Made by a program: the position numbers and the translations under genes
Source of the DNA: Flavobacteriales bacterium
GTDB lineage: Bacteria; Bacteroidota; Bacteroidia; Flavobacteriales; Flavobacteriaceae
DNA: 64,000 bases
Assembly (NCBI GenBank): GCA_004214175.1
Contig: SGZH01000002.1
Location: 1,826-65,825, forward strand
Direction of reading: 5' to 3'
Part shown: positions 40,554 to 50,017 of the stretch, piece after piece
Numbering within the stretch: position 1 is the first letter of the stretch
Layout of the letters: each line of letters begins with the position of its first letter
The notes under the pieces: model-generated
The model's database searches: none
The model's input: the letters and a program-made list of their open reading frames with translations, nothing else
Told to the model about the DNA's origin: nothing

Positions 40554-43500
40554 TTTTATTATTAAAATATGCTTGGACTTTTTGTTTATATTCTAACTTT
40601 AAAGGTAAGGATTCTCTATTAAGGATTTCTGTTGCATTAAAATATTTTTTTATCTCTGTAGGGCCTAAGATTATGTTGTTATCAAATTGCTGATTGTTTG
40701 TTCTTGACTCCCTCTTTGATTCCTTTCCTTGTTCAAAGGTTGCCTTGTCTAATTTCAAAAGTTCATGTTTTAAATTTTGCATTCGTTCCAGGGTTTCTTG
40801 ATTAAAACCTTTATCCAATAATTGCTGTTCTATTTTTTCCATTTCTCGAAGCAGTGACGCTGCATTAGTTTGGTCTCTAATTTGACTAATTTTATTTTGT
40901 AATTGTTGCCTTAATTGTTGTTGTTGTTTGAAAATTTCAAATAGTTTTCCGCTTGTATCTTCAGTATTTCCATAGCCTTCTTCCTTGTTTGACTTGCTAT
41001 TTTTCTTAAGACCTCCTTTACTATTTTCTAAAGAGCCATCGTTGCCTCCTTGACCTACACCTTTACCGTTTCCCTTACCGTCTTTCCCGTCAGCTCCTTG
41101 TTTTTCTAGGCCATCTTCCATTTTTTTTGTAAGACTTTCTTGTTTTTTTATAATATCTGGCAGCTGGAAGCCCTGACCTTCGCCTTCGCCCTCTCCCATT
41201 CCTTTACCTTCGCCTTTACCTTGCCCCATACTACTCATTTGATTTTGCATGGCACTTAAAATATCGCTGAGTAAAACAGCAAGTTCATTAGCGCCAGTGA
41301 TAATATATTGTTGGCTAGACACCCCTATTGTTAGTTCATTTTCAGCGAGCCTTTCTAAACTTTTTTCTAAATTAAAGTTAATTTGAGTTAAAGAAGAATT
41401 AATAGGAGCACCGAGCATAGGTTGTCTCAAGGATAAACTAAAAAGACTATCGTCTATATGCTCAAAGTTTTGTTTTATTTCATTTTGTTTGATTAATTTT
41501 TTACCAAAAAGCGCGTTGCCATAATCTATTTTTTTAAAATCTTTCATAAGCGCTTCTTGTTCAAAAGAAAAAACTACAAGATTATCTAAAATTTGTCGCA
41601 ACATCTCTGAGTCCTCATCCATTGTTTTCATCTGGCCAGATTGCATTTGCATTTTACCAGCCATTTTTTTCATTTTTTTAGCTGCAGCTTTTTGTTTTTG
41701 GGTTGCAGCGTTTTTATTGTCGTTTTCTAAGTTATCACTAGCTTCTTTTTGATCTTCTTTAACTTTTTCCTCTTCCGTTTGATCGTTAGGAATATCTAAA
41801 GGATCTTTTAAGCCCTTGTTTTCTTTTTCTAGTTTCTTTTTTTCTTCGGTATATTCTTTAAACTTATTATTTAATTGCTCCTGGGCTTCTTTAGTGTTTT
41901 TTTCCTCTTTAGCATTCGCCAACTTTTCTTGTTCTTCAGCAAGTTTGTTCAATTCTTCAGCAAGCTTTTCTGCTTTTTTAGTTACATAGTAACGTTTGGT
42001 TAGCTCTAAAAGTTGCTCCAAGTTTTTTTCTTGATTTTTATTTTGTTTAGAGAGCTGATCTAGTTTCTCAGTCAACTCCTCTTTCTGTATCTTGTCTTGA
42101 AGTTTTTGAAGTTCCTCTATAAGTTTTTCATTTTCCTCTAATAGGGTTTCATTTTCTTGAAAGCGTTCTTTCAATTGTTCTTTAAAAGGGTCGTTATCTC
42201 TATTCGCTGGTTGAAAATTTTCTAAATTTTCTTTTAATTCTTTTGAGAAATTTTTCATTATTTTCTCTTGTTCTTGCTGCTTCATCAGAAACTTTTCTAG
42301 TTTCTTTTTGTCGTTCCAATTGAGTTCTTCACTTTCTTTTTGAGACTTTGAGAGTTCCTTTAATGATTGGTCTTGGGTTTTTATATTTTCCAAAGACTTG
42401 TCCAAACGCTTGATAGTGTTTTCTTGTCTCTTAAGCTGTTCGTTTTCAATCTCCTCGAGAGTCTTTTTTCTATATGAAAAGAGAGAGGACCTACTAGACT
42501 TTAGGTTTTGAAGCGCATCATTGTCAAAAACTTCAAAATAATAATTATAAGAGGAGCCCCTTTTCAACGGAAGGTTTCCTGGAAAAACATATGTGAATTG
42601 ATCAAAATTAGAACCTCTTAAGGCTATATTTACTGTTTTTTTACTCCCTTCATCTAAGGATGGGTAATAGACTAATTGTAACTTAGTAAGCCCATAATCG
42701 TCTGAAACAGTTCCTAAACAATAGTTGTTTTGATAATAGGTACTGTCTTGTTGAGTGACCACATCGATTTCAGGATATTGGTCTCTTATAACGGATAAAG
42801 CAAAAGCTAAGTTTTCGTATTCTTTTAATTTTGAATTGGAAGTAGTAAGCGTATATTTTAAATTTTTATAGATTCTTTTTTTAAAACTAAATTTTTCTTT
42901 GTCTTTTAGTAAATTATATGATGTTTCTAATGTTTTTAGTTGTACTTGATTTGTGTTTTTTGTTTCAATAAACCAAGAGACTAGGGTTCCTTGAGGAATG
43001 GTGGCATTTCCTGTACTCTCTATAACCTGAGATTTTTTTCCAATATAATTTGGATAATCTAACTTCATTTTGAAACCTACTAAGGACGGTGTTTTTAATA
43101 CATTAAGAGTGTATTCTTTGGAATATACTTGGTTTGCGGTTAAATTAAAACTAATTGAATTAATAGGCTGAATAAATCTGTGTTCAAAAATACCAGGAGA
43201 AGTTTGATCTAAATAGTACGTTTCTTTGTTGTAGTTTATACGAACATTTTCGGGTGTATACTTCCCTACTGTTAAGATTTTTAATAAAAAGCTTTTATTT
43301 TCTAAAGTAGTGAGTGATTTGTTTTTTACCTGAAATTTAAAGGGCGCTGGGGGCTCAAAAGCAGTATTATAATTAACAACTCTGTTGTAGCTATTATAAA
43401 AAATATCTTTTTCTCCTAGTACAGAAAACAATATATAAACAACTATAGGAATCAGCGTATATTTTAGGTACTTTTTGTTTGCTTTGAAGTTAATTGCGCT

Positions 43501-43923
43501 TTTAAAAGATACAGGTTGTAACTCTTCTGCCTTTTGATGAATACTTGCGAGCAACAACTCTGATTCTCTTTGGTTTTGATTTAATTGAATTACATTAAGA
43601 AGCTTATCGCTAACCTCAGGAAAATGATTTCCTATTAACTTAGACGCCTCAACATCTGATATTCCTTGTTGAAGATTAAATAATTTTAATAAAGGGAAGG
43701 TTATTAGTCTTATAAACAACAAAGATTCAGCTGTTATAAAAACCCAAAACAATAAAGTTCGACCAACAGGGTTTAGCCATAAATAATATTCAATAAGAAG
43801 GGTAATGATTAGGTATACGAATCCAATACTAAAGAAAAGAATGACTCCTTTTATTAACTTGTTAGTATAGTATTTTTTAATAAACCGCTCCAGCTTTGAC
43901 TGGATTTCTAAAAAACTACTCAT
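40546..43923 (-). CDS. Large membrane-anchored coiled-coil protein (DUF4175-like)
   Basis: N-terminal TMs, DDYGL motif, long K/E/Q coiled coil, Gly-rich linkers, C-terminal LPL..EYKQKVQAYF. Confidence 0.7.
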   Translation of the reverse strand: MSSFLEIQSKLERFIKKYYTNKLIKGVILFFSIGFVYLIITLLIEYYLWLNPVGRTLLFWVFITAESLLFIRLITFPLLKLFNLQQGISDVEASKLIGNHFPEVSDKLLNVIQLNQNQRESELLLASIHQKAEELQPVSFKSAINFKANKKYLKYTLIPIVVYILFSVLGEKDIFYNSYNRVVNYNTAFEPPAPFKFQVKNKSLTTLENKSFLLKILTVGKYTPENVRINYNKETYYLDQTSPGIFEHRFIQPINSISFNLTANQVYSKEYTLNVLKTPSLVGFKMKLDYPNYIGKKSQVIESTGNATIPQGTLVSWFIETKNTNQVQLKTLETSYNLLKDKEKFSFKKRIYKNLKYTLTTSNSKLKEYENLAFALSVIRDQYPEIDVVTQQDSTYYQNNYCLGTVSDDYGLTKLQLVYYPSLDEGSKKTVNIALRGSNFDQFTYVFPGNLPLKRGSSYNYYFEVFDNDALQNLKSSRSSLFSYRKKTLEEIENEQLKRQENTIKRLDKSLENIKTQDQSLKELSKSQKESEELNWNDKKKLEKFLMKQQEQEKIMKNFSKELKENLENFQPANRDNDPFKEQLKERFQENETLLEENEKLIEELQKLQDKIQKEELTEKLDQLSKQNKNQEKNLEQLLELTKRYYVTKKAEKLAEELNKLAEEQEKLANAKEEKNTKEAQEQLNNKFKEYTEEKKKLEKENKGLKDPLDIPNDQTEEEKVKEDQKEASDNLENDNKNAATQKQKAAAKKMKKMAGKMQMQSGQMKTMDEDSEMLRQILDNLVVFSFEQEALMKDFKKIDYGNALFGKKLIKQNEIKQNFEHIDDSLFSLSLRQPMLGAPINSSLTQINFNLEKSLERLAENELTIGVSSQQYIITGANELAVLLSDILSAMQNQMSSMGQGKGEGKGMGEGEGEGQGFQLPDIIKKQESLTKKMEDGLEKQGADGKDGKGNGKGVGQGGNDGSLENSKGGLKKNSKSNKEEGYGNTEDTSGKLFEIFKQQQQLRQQLQNKISQIRDQTNAASLLREMEKIEQQLLDKGFNQETLERMQNLKHELLKLDKATFEQGKESKRESRTNNQQFDNNIILGPTEIKKYFNATEILNRESLPLKLEYKQKVQAYFNNKND

Positions 43924-44038
43924 TAATTAACTCTATAAAATTATATCTTCGAAAATACATTATTAATTTAAATCTTTCTGTAAATTTTTTGCTGTAAAAA
44001 TTATGGCGCTGTTACTTTTTAAAATCTCCTTAGGTGTG

Positions 44039-44046
44039 TACCTTTG
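44039..44046 (+). promoter_or_regulatory. -7 promoter element TACCTTTG for gltX
   Basis: TAnnTTTG 24 nt upstream of the gltX ATG. Confidence 0.6.
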
Positions 44047-44070
44047 TTTTGTTATTTTTTATAAAAACAC

Positions 44071-45597
44071 ATGTCAAAAAAAGTTAGAGTTCGTTTTGCT
44101 CCAAGCCCAACCGGACCACTACATATAGGAGGTGTAAGAACAGCATTATTTAATTATTTATTTGCTAAACAATGTGGTGGAGAGTTTGTTTTACGTATTG
44201 AGGATACAGACCAAAACCGGTATGTTGAAGGCGCCGAAGCTTATATTGTAGAAACCTTAAATTGGTTAAATATTCCATTTGATGAGGGTATAGGAAAAGA
44301 AGGTCTTTATGGGCCTTACAGACAAAGTGAGCGAAAAAAATTGTATCAACAGTATGCAGAGCAATTAATTAGCACAGGTAAAGCCTATTACGCCTTTGAT
44401 ACAAATGAAGAGCTTAATTTTCATAGAAAAGATCATGAAAGAAAAGGAAAAACATTTATTTATAATTGGCACAATAGAGAAAAACTGACCAACTCTATTT
44501 CTTTAACAAAAGAAGAGGTTGAAAAAAAGATGGCAAACGGCGAAGATTATGTGGTGCGTTTTAAGATGTATGATCCTAATCAAAATGAGGAAGATATAAT
44601 TGTTGCCAAAGACTTAATTAGAGGAAATGTGTCGTTTAAAAAAGCACTACTTGACGATAAGGTATTGTTTAAACAAGACAGTATGCCAACTTATCACTTA
44701 GCAAATATAGTTGACGATCACTTAATGGAGATTTCTCATGTTATAAGGGGTGAGGAGTGGTTGCCCTCACTACCATTACATATTGAATTATATAAAGCAC
44801 TCAATTGGGAAATACCAAATTTTGCTCACCTACCATTGATTATGAAACCTGTTGGTAAAGGAAAATTAAGCAAACGTGACGGCGATAAAATGGGTTTTCC
44901 TGTTTTTCCAATTCTATGGAATGCAGAAAATGGAAATGTTTTTTCAGGATATAGAGAAGATGGTTATTTTTCTGAGACAGTTATTAATATGCTTGCTTTA
45001 TTGGGATGGAACCCTGGATCGGAACAAGAAATTTTCAGCTTAGAAGAACTTGTAAAATCGTTTAGTTTAGAAAAGGTTAACAAGTCAGGAGCAAGGTTTG
45101 ATCCTGAGAAAACAAAGTGGTTCCAACATCATTATTTGCAAGAGAAAAATAACAAGGCCTTATCGAAACTATTTGCAAAATTATTAATTAATAAAGGAGT
45201 TACCCATAATAAAGACCTTTTGAAGATTATTGGGTTATTAAAAGAACGATCATCTTTTATAGTTGATTTTTGGGAACAGGGGAGTTACTTTTTTCAAGCA
45301 CCAAAATCGTATAATGAAAAAGCTGCAAAAAAAGCACTCAAGAAAAAAACCCCACTACTACTTTCAAATTTGGTTAAATTATTAGAGGAATGTGTTGATT
45401 TTTCTTCAGAAAGTTTGACTGATAAAGTTAAGGGCTGGATAACAGAAAATGAAATTGGATTTGGTAATATAATGATGCCTTTAAGATTAGCTCTTGTTGG
45501 AGAAATGAAAGGACCCGATGTGTTTGAAATTGCTTCGATATTGGGTAAAAAAGAGGTTATTTCAAGAATAAATAAAATGATTGTATTTTTATCTTGA
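44071..45597 (+). CDS. gltX: Glutamate--tRNA ligase
   Basis: RFAPSPTGPLHIGG, RIEDTD, HVIRGEEW, KLSKR. Confidence 0.97.
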   Translation: MSKKVRVRFAPSPTGPLHIGGVRTALFNYLFAKQCGGEFVLRIEDTDQNRYVEGAEAYIVETLNWLNIPFDEGIGKEGLYGPYRQSERKKLYQQYAEQLISTGKAYYAFDTNEELNFHRKDHERKGKTFIYNWHNREKLTNSISLTKEEVEKKMANGEDYVVRFKMYDPNQNEEDIIVAKDLIRGNVSFKKALLDDKVLFKQDSMPTYHLANIVDDHLMEISHVIRGEEWLPSLPLHIELYKALNWEIPNFAHLPLIMKPVGKGKLSKRDGDKMGFPVFPILWNAENGNVFSGYREDGYFSETVINMLALLGWNPGSEQEIFSLEELVKSFSLEKVNKSGARFDPEKTKWFQHHYLQEKNNKALSKLFAKLLINKGVTHNKDLLKIIGLLKERSSFIVDFWEQGSYFFQAPKSYNEKAAKKALKKKTPLLLSNLVKLLEECVDFSSESLTDKVKGWITENEIGFGNIMMPLRLALVGEMKGPDVFEIASILGKKEVISRINKMIVFLS

Positions 45598-45625
45598 TTA
45601 TTGTATTTTTATTAAAAATTATGTT

Positions 45626-46609
45626 ATGAGTTTTATTTGGTCTCTTTTTTTTATTATTTTAATAGCACTTGTTTTTGCTTCCTTTTTTGTTGTTAAACAA
45701 CAAACCATTGCAATTGTTGAACGATTTGGGAAATTTACCAGAGATTATGGAGCGGGTATCAATATAAAAATTCCGTTTATTGATAGGGTAGCAGGAAGGG
45801 TTAGCTTGCGGATTCAACAGTTAGATGTCATCGTTGAGACCAAAACAAAAGACGATGTTTTTGTCCACTTAAAAATTTCAGTGCAATTTCAGATTCAACG
45901 AGAGCATGTGTATAATGCGTTTTATAAACTTCAGAATCCACACGAGCAAATAACCGCCTTTATATTTGATGTAGTTCGTGCAGAAGTTCCAAAGATGATT
46001 TTAGATGATGTTTTTGTTAAAAAAGAAGAAATAGCATTAGCGATACAGCGAGAGCTAAAAGAGGCGATGCTGAACTATGGGTATGATATTGTAAAAGCAC
46101 TGGTTACTGATATTGATCCTGATCAAAAGGTGAAAATTGCTATGAACCGAATTAATGCAGCAGAGCGAGAAAAAGTAGCAGCTCAACATGAAGGAGATGC
46201 ACAACGTATTTTAATTATTGAAAGAGCAAAAGCAGAGGCAGAAAGCAAGCGTTTACAGGGATTGGGTATCGCAGATCAACGTAGAGAAATTGCTCGGGGT
46301 CTGGAAGATAGTGTTGATGTATTAAATAATGTTGGTATTAATTCACAAGAAGCTTCTGCTTTAATTGTAGTTACACAGCATTATGACACGTTACAATCGG
46401 TGGGAGAAGCTACTAGCTCTAATTTAATTTTACTACCTAATTCACCTCAAGCCGGAAGCGATATGTTAAATAATATGATTGCTTCATTTGCAGCAAGTAA
46501 TCAAATTGGTGAGCAAATGAAAAAAGATAATGCAGCTAAAGGTATTATAAACAAAAAAAACAAAGGTGATGCTTCAAAAGAGACGCCAAAAAAAGATTTT
46601 GATTACTAA
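45626..46609 (+). CDS. SPFH/band 7 domain protein
   Basis: N-terminal TM, IVERFGK, ETKTKDDVFV, MNRINAA; ATG at 45626 preferred. Confidence 0.9.
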   Translation: MSFIWSLFFIILIALVFASFFVVKQQTIAIVERFGKFTRDYGAGINIKIPFIDRVAGRVSLRIQQLDVIVETKTKDDVFVHLKISVQFQIQREHVYNAFYKLQNPHEQITAFIFDVVRAEVPKMILDDVFVKKEEIALAIQRELKEAMLNYGYDIVKALVTDIDPDQKVKIAMNRINAAEREKVAAQHEGDAQRILIIERAKAEAESKRLQGLGIADQRREIARGLEDSVDVLNNVGINSQEASALIVVTQHYDTLQSVGEATSSNLILLPNSPQAGSDMLNNMIASFAASNQIGEQMKKDNAAKGIINKKNKGDASKETPKKDFDY

Positions 46610-46615
46610 TCGAGC

Positions 46616-48643
46616 TTAATAATTAATTTTGCTTGCTTCGGTAACTAACAATTCGTTTTTGTCCTCTAAAGCTTTCCTTACAAATGCTTTAATTTCAGGA
46701 GTTATTTCTTGATTGTTTTTTATTAAAACACCAAGGGCTATCATCGTTACGATTCGTGTACCCGCCTTTTTGAGAGCTGTTCCAAAAAAAGGAGTTAATT
46801 CTTCGTAAGAAATGTTCTTTGCCAACTCTTGTATTCTGTATTTGGTTTCTTGTTGTTTTTCGATAGAAAACTTAGTATACTTTTTTCCAAAACGCATAAC
46901 TTCGTTTAGAGGAGAAATTGCAGCTTTTTGAGACACTAATGCTGAATTGTTAGTACTTTTTTTCTTGATCCAAGAATTACGTAAACCAACCGTTTTGTTA
47001 AAAACAAGTGCTTCTCTAGTAGAATCTTTATCTACATTGTAATACCCTAATCGCTGAAACTGAAAGCTGTTACCTATTTTTGCTAAAGCTAAACTTGGTT
47101 CAGCAAAAGCTCGAGAAACAGTTAATGAATTTGGGTTAACAAAATCCATAAATGTCCTTTCTTTGTGGCTATCAGGGGCTTCATCTGTAAACAATCGATC
47201 ATAAGATCTCACTTCAACTTTAATAGCATGAGCAACAGAGACCCAATGAAGAGTTCCTTTAACTTTTCTTAAACTGGCTTCGCTACCTGTACCGCTTAAA
47301 CTATTCTGATCATAAGAACATCTTACCTCTTTGATAACGCCCTCAGAGTCTTTAATAATAGACTCTGCTTTTATAATGTAAGCGTTCTTTAACCGAACTT
47401 CATTTCCTAAAGTTAAACGGAAAAAATTGCTTTTTGCTGCCTCTTTAAAATCTGTTCTTTCTATATATAATTCTTTTGAGAAAGGGACCTCTCGATAACC
47501 GGCAGACTCAGTTTCAGGGTTATTTTCAGCTTTTAATAACTCTTCTTTTCCTTCAGGATAATTTATAATGGTAAGTTTAATTGGATTTAAAACCACCATC
47601 ACTCGGGGTGCCACTTGGTTTAAATCTTCCCGAATACAAAATTCTAATAAGGAGACATCAATAATATTTTCCCTTTTAGCAACACCTACAGCTTCAATAA
47701 ACTTTTTTATAGCGTTTGGTGTATAGCCTCTTCTTCGTAAACCAGAGATAGTTGGCATTCTTGGATCGTCCCAACCACTGACAATTTTTTTATCTACCAA
47801 CTGTAATAGTTTACGTTTGCTCATAACAGTATAACTTAGGTTTAAACGTGCAAACTCTCTTTGTTTAGGTGCTAAAGGAAGCTGATTGGAATTCTCGTTA
47901 TAGACCTCATCTCTAAACCAATTATAAAGCTTTCTGTGAGATTTAAACTCTAAAGAACATAAAGAATGTGAAATTTGTTCGATATAATCGCTTTCGCCGT
48001 GCGTCCAATCATACATTGGATAAATACACCAATCATTACCTGTTCGGTGGTGTGCTTTTTTTAATATTCTATACATTATTGGATCACGCATTAGCATATT
48101 CGGATCTTCCATGTCAATCTTAGCGCGCAAGACATGAGTACCTTCTTTAAATTCACCATTTTTCATTTTGATGAATAATTCTAAATTTTCTTCGACAGAT
48201 CTTGTTCTGTATGGACTATTAGTACCTACCTGTGTTGGGGATCCTTTTTGTAGTCTTATTTCGTCACTCGATTGAGAGTCTACATAGGCTAACCCTTTTT
48301 TAATAAAACTAATTGCCCAATTGTATAAAGTTTGAAAATAATCGGATGAATATGCTTCTTTATCCCACTGGTAACCCATCCAAGCAATGTCTTCTTTAAT
48401 GGCGTCTACATATTTTTGTTCTTCTTTAGCTGGATTGGTATCGTCAAAACGAAGGTTAACCGGAGCCTGATATTTTTCTCCCAAACCAAAACTAATTCCT
48501 ATTGCCTTAGTGTGTCCAATATGTAAATAACCGTTTGGCTCGGGAGGAAATCGAAAACGGAGGTCTTCCTTTAACATTCCGTTCCTTAAATCTTCTTCTA
48601 TTAAGTGCTCAATAAAATTTAGAGCTGCTGGATTTTGTGACAT
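46616..48643 (-). CDS. glnS: Glutamine--tRNA ligase with C-terminal extension
   Basis: RFPPEPNGYLHIGH, MSKRKL, WDDPRMPT, FQFQRLGY; ATG at 48643 (ORF track start 48655). Confidence 0.95.
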   Translation of the reverse strand: MSQNPAALNFIEHLIEEDLRNGMLKEDLRFRFPPEPNGYLHIGHTKAIGISFGLGEKYQAPVNLRFDDTNPAKEEQKYVDAIKEDIAWMGYQWDKEAYSSDYFQTLYNWAISFIKKGLAYVDSQSSDEIRLQKGSPTQVGTNSPYRTRSVEENLELFIKMKNGEFKEGTHVLRAKIDMEDPNMLMRDPIMYRILKKAHHRTGNDWCIYPMYDWTHGESDYIEQISHSLCSLEFKSHRKLYNWFRDEVYNENSNQLPLAPKQREFARLNLSYTVMSKRKLLQLVDKKIVSGWDDPRMPTISGLRRRGYTPNAIKKFIEAVGVAKRENIIDVSLLEFCIREDLNQVAPRVMVVLNPIKLTIINYPEGKEELLKAENNPETESAGYREVPFSKELYIERTDFKEAAKSNFFRLTLGNEVRLKNAYIIKAESIIKDSEGVIKEVRCSYDQNSLSGTGSEASLRKVKGTLHWVSVAHAIKVEVRSYDRLFTDEAPDSHKERTFMDFVNPNSLTVSRAFAEPSLALAKIGNSFQFQRLGYYNVDKDSTREALVFNKTVGLRNSWIKKKSTNNSALVSQKAAISPLNEVMRFGKKYTKFSIEKQQETKYRIQELAKNISYEELTPFFGTALKKAGTRIVTMIALGVLIKNNQEITPEIKAFVRKALEDKNELLVTEASKINY

Positions 48644-48718
48644 GTTTAGGATCAAATTTTATAATCAAATACCTTAACTAGTAAATTAAGGAATTGTAAC
48701 TTTACAAAAATAGTTGAA

Positions 48719-49075
48719 ATGAGCACGATACGATTAAAAAATATTAAAATTTATGCTTTTCATGGTTGTTTGTTAGAAGAAGGACAGATTGGTTCTGATT
48801 ATTTAGTAAATCTTTCAGTTAGAGGAAGTTTAAATAAGGCTATTAAAAGCGACGAATTAAAAGATACTATTGACTATGTCGCCTTACAAAGGACTGTAGT
48901 GGAAGAAATGGAAGTTCGGTCTAAATTATTAGAACATGTAGGACAGCGTATTATTGATAAAATACTTACCAAGGAACCTTTGGTGAATTACGTCAAAGTA
49001 ACTGTAGCGAAAGTAAATCCACCTATAGGTGGAGATGTAGCAGAAGTGAGTGTAACTTTGAGCGCTAAAAGATAA
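48719..49075 (+). CDS. folB: Dihydroneopterin aldolase
   Basis: YAFHGCLLEE, DTIDY, SKLLE, KVNPPIGG. Confidence 0.93.
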   Translation: MSTIRLKNIKIYAFHGCLLEEGQIGSDYLVNLSVRGSLNKAIKSDELKDTIDYVALQRTVVEEMEVRSKLLEHVGQRIIDKILTKEPLVNYVKVTVAKVNPPIGGDVAEVSVTLSAKR

Positions 49076-49087
49076 GTTCTTTTTTAA

Positions 49088-49117
49088 TTGAAAGAGTTGA
49101 ACTTTATAGTATATTTG
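49088..49117 (+). promoter_or_regulatory. Bacteroidota -33/-7 promoter of tRNA-Cys
   Basis: TTG (49088-49090), 19-bp spacer, TATATTTG (49110-49117). Confidence 0.7.
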
Positions 49118-49132
49118 CCTACTAATAATTAA

Positions 49133-49206
49133 GGCGTCGTGGCCGAGTGGCTAGGCCGGGCTCTGCAAAAGCTCTTACAGCGGTTCGAATCCGCTCGACG
49201 CCTCCA
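49133..49206 (+). tRNA. tRNA-Cys (GCA)
   Basis: GGCGTCG...CGACGCC acceptor stem, anticodon loop CTGCAAA, GGTTCGAATCC T-arm, discriminator T and encoded CCA. Confidence 0.96.
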
Positions 49207-49236
49207 AAAAGCTTCCGATATCTCTGAAGCTTTTTT
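49206..49236. terminator. Intrinsic, probably bidirectional, terminator between tRNA-Cys and the convergent LysE gene
   Basis: aaaaagcttc-N10-gaagctttttt inverted repeat with A/T tails. Confidence 0.7.
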
Positions 49237-49288
49237 ATTTTATAGTAAGTGTTTGTAAAAGTAAATAAAAGCATTTGAGATTGTTTGT

Positions 49289-49972
49289 TTATTCCAAAAC
49301 TCTATTTGTTTTAGGAATATACTCCAACCCTTCTTGAATATTGTCAGGGAAGACCCCTTGTATTAATAATAAAATTCCAAAACAAATAATTAAAATACTC
49401 ACTAATTTCTTTGTTTTTATGATAAATCGAGGTGTTAGGTTGCTTTTTAGTTTTTTAGCTAAAATGATTTTTAATAAATCTGTTATAAATAAAGTTATCA
49501 TTACAGTGCCTAAGAATAGCATCACCCCTTTCTTGTGAGTAGTTAAAGCTTGTGCAATAATAATCGTTGCAATCCATCCAGCTAAAACTCCAAAATTGAC
49601 AAAATTCAACAAAAACCCTTTTAGAAAAAGACCCCCATGATTTTTTTTTATTGCAACAGAATAATGTTCACGAACAATTTTTATAAAGGATTTAGAAGTG
49701 CGAATATAAGATATTGATCCAAAAGCGATTAATACCACACCCCCAAATACTAATAATGCAGGATCGTCTTTTAACTTGTCTAATAATTTGTTAGTACTAT
49801 AAAATGCAATAACAATAAAAACAATATCAGAAAATAAAGATCCTAAATCAAAAAAAATAGCTGCTTTTATTCCTTTAGTGATACTAGTCTCTATGAGGGT
49901 AAAAAAAACTGGACCTATAGCAAAAGCTAATAAAAATCCGTAGAAAGTAGCATATAATAAACCATCAAACAT
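49289..49972 (-). CDS. LysE family translocator
   Basis: GFLLAFAIGPVFFTLIETSI, FLKGFLLNFVN; ~6 TM segments; ATG at 49972. Confidence 0.82.
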   Translation of the reverse strand: MFDGLLYATFYGFLLAFAIGPVFFTLIETSITKGIKAAIFFDLGSLFSDIVFIVIAFYSTNKLLDKLKDDPALLVFGGVVLIAFGSISYIRTSKSFIKIVREHYSVAIKKNHGGLFLKGFLLNFVNFGVLAGWIATIIIAQALTTHKKGVMLFLGTVMITLFITDLLKIILAKKLKSNLTPRFIIKTKKLVSILIICFGILLLIQGVFPDNIQEGLEYIPKTNRVLE

Positions 49973-50017
49973 GAGTAGGTAAAAATACAAAATGATTAGT
50001 GAAAGAAAAAACAACAC

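Noticed and set aside
49133-49289. tRNA-Cys as an integration site for an island
   Set aside because: No integrase and no duplicated tRNA 3' end were seen; the flanks are housekeeping genes.
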